From contig CAZIYW010000057.1 in the NCBI GenBank assembly GCA_964543525.1, forward strand, positions 1 to 34,163: a stretch of 34,163 nucleotides of DNA, in the 5' to 3' direction. Within the stretch, counting starts at the first letter, position 1, and the number at the start of each line of letters is the position of its first letter. Below are positions 27,194 to 34,163 of this stretch, in pieces. The notes beneath the pieces were generated by a model. It was not told the origin of the DNA, made no database searches, and was given only the letters and a program-made list of their open reading frames with translations. This stretch comes from an uncultured Fibrobacterota bacterium (GTDB lineage Bacteria > Fibrobacterota > Chitinivibrionia > Chitinivibrionales > JANQEN01). A program made the position numbers and the translations under genes.

Positions 27194-28426
27194 TTAAAAA
27201 TAAATCCTCAGGGATATATATCCTGCATCGGGATATATGCCGAATTCCGAATTGAATGCAAACGGGCTTTCAGCTTTTTTACCGAGTCCGATTATCGCTC
27301 CCAGTGAGATATAGATATCGCTTCTGATATTGTACTCCAGTTCCGGCAGCAGGCAGACTGAATTATCGGAGAAATTGTACAGGACCATAAAACTTCCCGG
27401 TAACAGCGGTGTTATCTCATATCGTCCGCCAAGGCCGCAGTAATGTTTTCCCAGAAGATAAACGGCACCTTCAGTATATGCACAGGTAGTGAGTTGATTC
27501 AGATACGAATCTGCATTATTTGAACCTATACTATTAAAATGATATTCAATATATCCGTAAAATTTTTCAGAGAAGTTATAGTCTGCGCCGAGGGAGAGCC
27601 TGAAATAGTCGTTATCATTTGAATGCTCTGTTTCGTTATCGAGAACATCCGTAAAGACATGGGCAGCTTCACACCAGATTCCGGCGCCACCGAGCGATCT
27701 GGCTATGTCGATACCGGATAGCAGGTTGCCCCGAAAACCGATAAACGGAAACGCAATGTCGGTTTCCAGGACATATATCTTTGTACGAAGGAAAAAGGCG
27801 CTGTTTTTATAATGGAATTCGTCACCGAATACATAGCCGATATCAATTTCATTGAGACTTTTAATGGGAAAGATCATCCGGACTGCGTCAATACCGTATC
27901 GTTCTTCCGTGTCAAGAGCGTTGAAACCGAAAGGGGTAAGGATGTCAGTGGGATTAATAATCCGGGCGCTTCCCCAGCCAATCGCCTGCCTTCCGGCAAT
28001 TAATTCGGTGAATGGCAGTTGGAAGCTAAATGAAAATCGGTCAAGATTATGATAGATGCTGAAATTCTCAATATCCTCTTTGTCGAATGGATATAATCGT
28101 TCTTTAAAATCAGCGGCACGATATACTGAGGGATTTGTTAACGAAAACAAGGCGTTGTATAGGAGCGATTGCTTCTTTTTTATCTCGGGAACCAGTTCAT
28201 AGGAGAGCTGAAGTCGAAATGTTGCTCCAGGCGAGAAGAGAATATTTGAACGCAGCCGGTTGGTTACATATCCTTCAGTATGTGACGCATTAAACAGAGA
28301 TGTTTTAAATGTAGGCGGCTCCAGGACAAGGAAGAAACTTTTATAACAGCCGGAAAAGTTAAAGGGATTACCTGCGTAAAGTATTGCATGGAAGAGAGAA
28401 ACAAAAAGGATTTTTTTCGCATGCAT
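27194..28426 (-). CDS. β-barrel outer membrane protein (uncharacterised family), OMP component of Lol-like module B
   Basis: Signal peptide MHAKKILFVSLFHAILYAG and a C-terminal F (…LRIYF). It is homologous to the module-A OMP. The track ORF (to 28486) would overlap the upstream ABC gene by 53 nt. The ATG at 28426 removes the overlap. Confidence 0.55.
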   Translation of the reverse strand: MHAKKILFVSLFHAILYAGNPFNFSGCYKSFFLVLEPPTFKTSLFNASHTEGYVTNRLRSNILFSPGATFRLQLSYELVPEIKKKQSLLYNALFSLTNPSVYRAADFKERLYPFDKEDIENFSIYHNLDRFSFSFQLPFTELIAGRQAIGWGSARIINPTDILTPFGFNALDTEERYGIDAVRMIFPIKSLNEIDIGYVFGDEFHYKNSAFFLRTKIYVLETDIAFPFIGFRGNLLSGIDIARSLGGAGIWCEAAHVFTDVLDNETEHSNDNDYFRLSLGADYNFSEKFYGYIEYHFNSIGSNNADSYLNQLTTCAYTEGAVYLLGKHYCGLGGRYEITPLLPGSFMVLYNFSDNSVCLLPELEYNIRSDIYISLGAIIGLGKKAESPFAFNSEFGIYPDAGYISLRIYF

Positions 28427-28433
28427 CAGGAAC

Positions 28434-29132
28434 TTATTCCTTTTTTTGATCGGAATCAATCTGACCGTCCCTGAGTACAACAACACGTTTTGCCCGTTCC
28501 ATTATTTTTGGATCATGGGTTGAAAACAGAAATGTCATACCGTTTTTCTCGTTCAGCTCATGCATCATATCCAGTAACGCGGTTCCCGTTTTTGAATCAA
28601 GGTTGGCGGTCGGTTCATCAGCTATTATTATTTGTGGATTGGAAACCATGGCACGGGCTATAGCAACCCGCTGCTGCTGCCCGCCCGAGAGCTGCGGTGG
28701 TTTTCTTTTCTCAAATCCCTTCAAACCAACCTTATCAAGAATCTCGCCAACCCGTCTGTGTCTTTCTCCGGCAGTTACTTTTTGCAGCATCATGATATAT
28801 TCAACATTTTCTTCAACGGTAAGCACCGGGATCAGATTGTAGGCCTGAAAGATAAAGCCGATATTATCCCTTCTGAAATCGGAGAGATTTTTACCGCTCA
28901 TACCGGATATATTTTGTCTGTTGAGAAATACAGCGCCCGAAGAAGGATTGTCAAGTCCTGCAATGATGTTCATCAGCGTTGTTTTTCCAGAGCCTGAGGG
29001 ACCCACAACTGCGGTAAATTCACCCCTGTTGACAGTAAAATCAATGCCCTTCAGAGCCTGAACAGCAACGGCTCCTGTGCCGTATGTTTTTTTAACGTTT
29101 TTTGTTTCAATAATAGCTTCAGTGTTCATCAT
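28434..29132 (-). CDS. ABC transporter ATP-binding protein, LolD/MacB-ATPase type, module B
   Basis: Walker A GPSGSGKTT, signature LSGGQQQRVAIARAM, Walker B IIADEPTANLD and H-loop STHD. Preceded by a GGAGGAAA RBS. Confidence 0.9.
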   Translation of the reverse strand: MMNTEAIIETKNVKKTYGTGAVAVQALKGIDFTVNRGEFTAVVGPSGSGKTTLMNIIAGLDNPSSGAVFLNRQNISGMSGKNLSDFRRDNIGFIFQAYNLIPVLTVEENVEYIMMLQKVTAGERHRRVGEILDKVGLKGFEKRKPPQLSGGQQQRVAIARAMVSNPQIIIADEPTANLDSKTGTALLDMMHELNEKNGMTFLFSTHDPKIMERAKRVVVLRDGQIDSDQKKE

Positions 29133-29140
29133 TTCCTCCG

Positions 29141-30364
29141 TTACATGCTTTTTCGCATAGCCTGAGCAGGTTTCAGTTTAGCGGCAAAGGTTGCAGGATA
29201 TATTCCTATTGCGGCAGTAAACAGCAATACCACAATCGGGTAAATAATATATTGATACAATCCGATAACCGGATATAATCTTCTCTGTACGGTAACCCCG
29301 CCGAGGTCAACTCCGTCAAAGGATATCCCGATTTTCATAAATATAAGGGTGACCAGTAATCCCAGAAGTATACCGATAACGCTGCTTATAATAGCCAGAG
29401 AACATGCTTCATAAAGAATCATTTTCCAGATATTGAATGAGCGTGTCCCAATTGCCTTTAAGACCCCGAATTCGAAGAAACGTTCATAGAGTGACATAAA
29501 CAGGGTATTCACAATACCAAAGACCACTACGCCGAATATGACGATTGCCATAAGTACAATCACATAATTGAACAGGTGGAGTGTCATATCAAGCTCCGGC
29601 ACAAGTTTCGGCCAGGGTTCTGCAGTCAATCCGTTCTTTGAATATTTTGCCCAAAGGGGATAGTCGGTGTGACTTGCAATCATTGCGTCTGTCAAATGGA
29701 TTACAATCTCATGAGATTCGTCCGCCTTTAATCCAAGAAGGGTCTGCAGTTTTCGAAAATGAACAAAGGCGATTTGCTTATCCATTTCATCCGCTTCAAA
29801 CTGATAGATTCCTCCCACTCTGAGCATTTCCTGGGCCAGTTCTCCGCTTTCCGCCATGGATACGGTAACGACAATCCTGTCGCCGGTCCGCACTTCAAGC
29901 TCCTCAGCGGTAGGTTTACCGATAAGAATAGATTGGGTATCATTCAGGTAGGATCCGCTTACCATTTTCTCATCTATTTCCGATACGGCTTTTTCCGTTA
30001 GGGGATCAATACCGCATATCATAAGGTGGCGTGAATTAACGGCTGAATTGATTAGCCCCTGTGTCATAACACGCTTTGAAACCTGGGCAACCTCCGGTTC
30101 TTTGCTGAGCTGCTGCAGAATCCTGTCTGTTTCGGGAATGGTCTTTTCAGGATCATAATTGTCGGTGAAACCTTCTGCGTGGATTTGAGCTTCTCCCAGG
30201 AAGTTATCGGTAACGGTTTCTATAATGTTTCTTTGCATACCCGCCATAAATGCGTCGGTGAATATCATACCGGCGAGGCCGACTCCTATAGCAATGCCGG
30301 TTATCACGGTACGCCGTGAATTTCTGAAAATATTTCGCCATGCTATTCTGATATACATATCCAT
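29141..30364 (-). CDS. ABC transporter permease, FtsX/LolC/E-like, module B
   Basis: 407 aa with N-terminal AWRNIFRNSRRT plus TM, a large periplasmic domain and a C-terminal FtsX signature (YPATFAAKLKPAQAMRKSM). Confidence 0.8.
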   Translation of the reverse strand: MDMYIRIAWRNIFRNSRRTVITGIAIGVGLAGMIFTDAFMAGMQRNIIETVTDNFLGEAQIHAEGFTDNYDPEKTIPETDRILQQLSKEPEVAQVSKRVMTQGLINSAVNSRHLMICGIDPLTEKAVSEIDEKMVSGSYLNDTQSILIGKPTAEELEVRTGDRIVVTVSMAESGELAQEMLRVGGIYQFEADEMDKQIAFVHFRKLQTLLGLKADESHEIVIHLTDAMIASHTDYPLWAKYSKNGLTAEPWPKLVPELDMTLHLFNYVIVLMAIVIFGVVVFGIVNTLFMSLYERFFEFGVLKAIGTRSFNIWKMILYEACSLAIISSVIGILLGLLVTLIFMKIGISFDGVDLGGVTVQRRLYPVIGLYQYIIYPIVVLLFTAAIGIYPATFAAKLKPAQAMRKSM

Positions 30365-30377
30365 ATACGATTCTCCT

Positions 30378-31592
30378 CTAATGTATCCGCATAGTTGCGG
30401 CCGGCTCGGTCCGTGCAGCCTTTATTGCAGGGAAAATGCTCACCAGCAGCGCCGAACCGAAAATAGTAAGCGCCGGAATATAAAAACTTTTCGCATTGAC
30501 TACAGTCCTGAAATGGGTAAATTCCATACCGCCGTAATAGTAAGGCTCGGGAACCTGTAATCCATGCAGAGAGAATAGATAGTTGATAATAAATGACAGT
30601 ACGATGCTCACGCCGATACTTAACAACGCAAGAATCCCCGTTTCATATAGTATGAGAAACAGAATCTGGGTCGGCCGTGTTCCAATTGCCTTTAAAATAC
30701 CATATTCTCTCTGCCGCTCGAGGACAGCCATAAGCACCGTGTTAAGTATGCTGATGGCGACAACTATCAAAAGAATAACAAGCATGATATACATACCGCC
30801 GATGTCCGCTTTCATCGATTTATAGAAGGTCCGGGCGATCTCCTGCCATGGCGCAACATCATAGGAGGAGCCAAGAACGGTCCTGAGTGTTTTACTCAAC
30901 GCCTGTGCCTCACTGCTCTTTTCTCCTATGACCACAATCTCGTGTATCTGGCCGTAAAGCACAAACAATTCCTGTGCGTCCTGCAGATGCATGTAGAGTA
31001 CAATGCGGTCGAATTCCCTGTTGCCGCTCTCCACAATGCCGGTGACGGTATACATGTCGTTTGCTATGGAGCCGTCCGCTGCCTGCGACACAATAACAAT
31101 CGTGTCACCGGGACTCGCTTTGAGATTTTTTGCAAGACCTTTCCCGAGCAGGACAGTATGAGCGGCTTTCCGGGTGAGGTGCTTTCCTGTAATAACCTTT
31201 TTGTTAAAATTCGTTGCACGGTTTTCCAGTTCCGGTTCTATTCCTACGATAACGGCAACATTACTCTCTTCCCGCACGGAAACAAGCCCTGATGCATAGA
31301 GGCGCGGGGCGAACTGTTCAACCTCCTTGACCCCGTCAATTTTCCTGAACAGTGAATCATACCCGCCGATTGTTTTGTATAGAGACTCTTTCTGCCGGTA
31401 TCCGGGAGCATGAACCTGTACATGGCCGATACTGTTTCGTGTGAACATATCGATGACGTCGCCATAAATACCATCGGCAATACCGAAACAGAATGCAGCA
31501 AGAACAAATCCGCCTATCATGGTAAGGGCAGTAAAGAGGGACCGACGTTTCTGGCGAAAAATATTCCGAAAGGCAATCTTTATTGTGAGCAT
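30378..31592 (-). CDS. ABC transporter permease, FtsX/LolC/E-like, module B
   Basis: 404 aa with N-terminal AFRNIFRQKRRS and a C-terminal FtsX signature (FPAIKAARTEPAATMRIH). Confidence 0.8.
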   Translation of the reverse strand: MLTIKIAFRNIFRQKRRSLFTALTMIGGFVLAAFCFGIADGIYGDVIDMFTRNSIGHVQVHAPGYRQKESLYKTIGGYDSLFRKIDGVKEVEQFAPRLYASGLVSVREESNVAVIVGIEPELENRATNFNKKVITGKHLTRKAAHTVLLGKGLAKNLKASPGDTIVIVSQAADGSIANDMYTVTGIVESGNREFDRIVLYMHLQDAQELFVLYGQIHEIVVIGEKSSEAQALSKTLRTVLGSSYDVAPWQEIARTFYKSMKADIGGMYIMLVILLIVVAISILNTVLMAVLERQREYGILKAIGTRPTQILFLILYETGILALLSIGVSIVLSFIINYLFSLHGLQVPEPYYYGGMEFTHFRTVVNAKSFYIPALTIFGSALLVSIFPAIKAARTEPAATMRIH

Positions 31593-31594
31593 CG

Positions 31595-32365
31595 CTATTC
31601 TCCTGTCACCGGTTCCCGCAGCTTGCGGAGTGAAAAGGTGTTGCTGTCAAGCCTGATATTATAATCAATGTCCAGGTACCGAAGCACTGTTTTATGTCCC
31701 TCTTTTGTTTTTGGAATCAGTGTTATAACGGTTGGTATCATTCGCTTATCAATGGTTTTTATTTCAGAGAAAAGCATCTCTCTGACCGGTTTTCCGTGTT
31801 CATCATAGTATTTCTCCCAGACCGGGAGCAGATCGCTTTTTCGTACGGCAATTTCTATTTTTCCCCAGACAATTGCTTTGCCCTTTTTGGGAATCCCTTT
31901 TACATAATGATAATCCTCCTTTTTTTCGGGAGGCTCAAAAATACTCATGTCATAATCATCGGTTAACGTATACTCCTTGACTAAATCATCATTGGTAAAA
32001 TCGGATCCCATCCAGGAGCTCATCATCATTGAAGGTGGTATTTTAATCACTTTATTTGTTTTGGGCAGATAGTTCCACATCTCGTCTTCGATCTTCAATG
32101 TGCCGACACCTCTTTCTTTTTTGGGTGCAAGAATTTTTACCAGCATTTTTTCCATACCCAGAGACCAGGTCTTCATCTTTAATGTCCGGGACCAGTGGGG
32201 AGTGGTAATTTCCATTTCTACAAGGGCATAACTGGCGGAACTTTTATAAAGCTCGTCAAAAGATACCACGATTTTCTTCAGTAATTCAGCGTCATTGCCC
32301 ATGCTGGTTGTAACAGTTAAGAAACATACTGTTAATCCGTATATGATAATGTTAAGACGTGCCAT
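31595..32365 (-). CDS. LolA-fold periplasmic protein (LolA-like family), module B
   Basis: 256 aa with a signal peptide (MARLNIIIYGLTVCFLTVTTSMG). It is paralogous to the module-A LolA-like protein. It has a GGGAGGAA RBS. It overlaps the downstream FtsX gene start by a few nt. Confidence 0.55.
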   Translation of the reverse strand: MARLNIIIYGLTVCFLTVTTSMGNDAELLKKIVVSFDELYKSSASYALVEMEITTPHWSRTLKMKTWSLGMEKMLVKILAPKKERGVGTLKIEDEMWNYLPKTNKVIKIPPSMMMSSWMGSDFTNDDLVKEYTLTDDYDMSIFEPPEKKEDYHYVKGIPKKGKAIVWGKIEIAVRKSDLLPVWEKYYDEHGKPVREMLFSEIKTIDKRMIPTVITLIPKTKEGHKTVLRYLDIDYNIRLDSNTFSLRKLREPVTGE

Positions 32366-32430
32366 GTGTTCCTCCCATCAGTGTTACTCGCCGCTTTTTA
32401 TAAGATTTCCTTTATTTTAAAGCATCTTTT

Positions 32431-32754
32431 TTATGTGACTTTTGAGGATGCAATAATACCCTCAAGCATTTTAATATACATAATAAAATCTTTCTTACCC
32501 AGTGAGGTAATATGATAGGTTGTTCTGGGTTTCCTGTTAACAAATTGTTTCTTTATAGTGATATATTTACACCCTTCCAGCATTTTCATATGCATACTGA
32601 GATTACCCCGGGTAAGTTCCAACATTTCGATAAGTTCACTGAAATCAGCCTTTTTATTTGCCATTAATACCGACATAATGCGCAGACGGGCCGGTACCTG
32701 GAATACCTTTTCCAGTTGAGTGATTTTATTTTTGATAATAGAATTTTTATTCAT
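32431..32754 (-). CDS. winged-helix transcriptional regulator, ArsR/SmtB-like (HTH_20-type)
   Basis: 107 aa. The recognition-helix region LTRGNLSMHMKMLEGCKYITIKKQFVNRKPRTTYHIT fits the ArsR-family pattern (L..S..S.H...L...G.I....G.....Y.IT). It lies between the membrane protein and module B. Confidence 0.55.
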   Translation of the reverse strand: MNKNSIIKNKITQLEKVFQVPARLRIMSVLMANKKADFSELIEMLELTRGNLSMHMKMLEGCKYITIKKQFVNRKPRTTYHITSLGKKDFIMYIKMLEGIIASSKVT

Positions 32755-32763
32755 ATATAAAAG

Positions 32764-33474
32764 CTATTCTTCTCTAGGTGGTGCTCCCTCTTTCCGATTA
32801 TCTGATGGGTTGAGCACTGCTATATGTTTTTCCCGTATCTGTTTATATCGCCCATGCATCAAGAGGCCAAGAATAACAGGTAGTACACCGAAAACACCGG
32901 CGACGAAAAACAGTTGCATATGTGACATAAAAAGCAGGCCTATGGCACCACAGGTCAGAAATATATAACCGACAATGGCAAAGCTTTTTTCTACATACAC
33001 GGCTCCGAGTGAGGTGAAAAGTACTGCTATCCAGATGACACACGCCGGGATGATAAATTCATAATGCCTCATTTTAATAAACAGGATGATAAAAATGGCG
33101 CACATGATTTCCAGAGGGATATCAATCTGGAGAAATGCTTTATTTGCTATATGCCTATAGTATGAAAAAAAGCCCATATTGTGTTTTTTTCCCTGTATAG
33201 CAAACATAATGAGTGTTACCAGTCCGATAAGGCATGATATGGATACCCACATGATTATCATGGCTTTTTTTATTGCGGCAGTAGGCCCGAAGGTGGCTAT
33301 AAAATGATAGTTCGCAATACAACCGATAATAACCACCAAACCGCTGATAGCGAGCAGGGTGCCGGTGCTGTATATGAAGTTGGTGAATATTTCGGCACCG
33401 GTTGCGCGATCAATGGTGTTTTTAATGGTGGAGAGGTCTTTCAGTGCTTTTTGCGGTGACAGTTTTTTTCCCAT
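32764..33474 (-). CDS. polytopic membrane protein of unknown function (≥5 TM)
   Basis: 236 aa with multiple hydrophobic helices and an AGGAG RBS. It is the first gene downstream of the module-B promoter and is followed after 10 nt by the wHTH regulator. Confidence 0.5.
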   Translation of the reverse strand: MGKKLSPQKALKDLSTIKNTIDRATGAEIFTNFIYSTGTLLAISGLVVIIGCIANYHFIATFGPTAAIKKAMIIMWVSISCLIGLVTLIMFAIQGKKHNMGFFSYYRHIANKAFLQIDIPLEIMCAIFIILFIKMRHYEFIIPACVIWIAVLFTSLGAVYVEKSFAIVGYIFLTCGAIGLLFMSHMQLFFVAGVFGVLPVILGLLMHGRYKQIREKHIAVLNPSDNRKEGAPPREE

Positions 33475-33493
33475 ACGTTTCTCCTGTATTTTT

Positions 33494-33565
33494 ACAAACT
33501 AATTAGAAGCACAAACAAGTTTGTCTCACAAACATAATAATACTAAATTTTTAAGTCATTGTCAA
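33494..33565 (-). promoter_or_regulatory. σ70 promoter with overlapping ACAAAC palindrome/repeat operator, module B
   Basis: On the minus strand: TTGACA (33565-33560), a 17-nt spacer, then TATTAT (33542-33537). The perfect palindrome ACAAAC-AA-GTTTGT (33511-33524) and further ACAAAC copies (33494-33499, 33528-33533) cover the predicted +1 to +20 region. Confidence 0.6.
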
Positions 33566-33628
33566 TAATTTTTATATAAAAATGAAAAAAGGAATAGTGT
33601 TGTAAAACTTTCTCTAATTGTAAATAAA

Positions 33629-33670
33629 CCGTCCCAAATCTGGGACGGTTGTCTCTGAATCGGGACGGTT
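33629..33670. repeat. GGGACGGT repeat array: 9-bp inverted repeat plus a third direct copy
   Basis: ACCGTCCCA-AATC-TGGGACGGT is a perfect 9-bp stem at 33629-33649. TCGGGACGGTT recurs at 33660-33670. It lies 50-90 nt upstream of the σ54-like -24 element. Confidence 0.5.
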
Positions 33671-33720
33671 AAGAGATTGCAATTTGGTTATTTACGCGCT
33701 AAAATGACCAGGATCCTTAT

Positions 33721-33736
33721 TGGCATATTTTTTGCA
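33721..33736 (+). promoter_or_regulatory. candidate σ54 (RpoN) -24/-12 promoter
   Basis: TGGCAT-ATTTT-TTGCA gives GG and GC exactly 10 nt apart, matching the TGGCAC-N5-TTGCW consensus. It is on the plus strand with no ORF in the following ~420 nt before the window ends. Confidence 0.4.
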
Positions 33737-34163
33737 ATCTTAATATTTCTTTGTAAGGATTTTAAATAAAAACTATTACGTTTCAGATGATTAAATTTAT
33801 AAAATTGTAGAATATGAAAATTTTTTTCACAATAATGTATTTGTCAGATGCTTGTGAAAATTGTTTTTCGGGGGACTTAATAAACTTGTCATAATGACAT
33901 CATTGATATTTTGTGTTTTTAAAAATTAAGAATGTCGGAAGAGGGGTGGTACCTGCCGTTACATGCAAATAGTGAACCAGTAGTAATAATCTGAATTTAA
34001 TATTCTCTCTTTCAATTTTACTCAAATTTTAGCAAAGGAGGTGCATTATGTGGAACTAAAACAGGCAAAATACTGATAAATAGTTATAACGTATTAATCA
34101 TCAATTCATCACTAGTGTCCCAATGTTACTCGAATAAATTCAATTGGTTACAGTTTTGCTCTT

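Noticed and set aside
28427-28486. 53-nt overlap between the module-B OMP ORF and the ABC ATPase gene
   Set aside because: The overlap disappears when the OMP starts at the in-frame ATG (MHAKKILFVSLF...), which begins a proper signal peptide. The longer ORF is an artefact of the upstream in-frame sequence.

Overview
This 34 kb window appears to come from a diderm bacterium: σ70 -35/-10 and σ54 -24/-12 promoter elements are visible, and β-barrel outer membrane proteins and lipoproteins are present. All calls rest on motif reading of the supplied six-frame ORF track and the raw sequence; no database search was possible. Left third, minus strand: a six-gene oligopeptide ABC importer operon with two tandem OppA-type lipoprotein binding proteins, OppB, OppC, OppD and OppF. 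Middle, plus strand: an envelope/ion cluster of a DUF3108-like secreted protein, a PAP2 phosphatase, a K+ channel (TVGYGE filter plus RCK domain) 11 nt upstream of a stand-alone cyclic-nucleotide-binding protein, and an unusually long class A PBP. These are followed by a FadL-like OMP, an MBL-fold hydrolase and a pentapeptide-repeat/PilZ fusion protein. Right 14 kb, minus strand: two paralogous but differently ordered LolCDE-like export modules. Each has an ABC ATPase, two ~410-aa FtsX-type permeases, a LolA-fold periplasmic protein and a dedicated homologous β-barrel OMP. Module A is headed by a YtrA-type GntR regulator and an SPFH/band-7 protein and carries two copies of a CT-rich/GA-rich intergenic stem-loop element. 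Module B is headed by a polytopic membrane protein and an ArsR-like wHTH regulator. Both modules have textbook σ70 promoters with palindromic operators overlapping the predicted start site. The right-hand 690 nt are non-coding and contain an orphan σ54-type promoter preceded by a triple GGGACGGT repeat array. I recognised no rRNA, tRNA, CRISPR array or mobile element. Several track ORFs start at TTG or GTG, and I moved those starts to downstream ATGs with Shine-Dalgarno sequences where evident.
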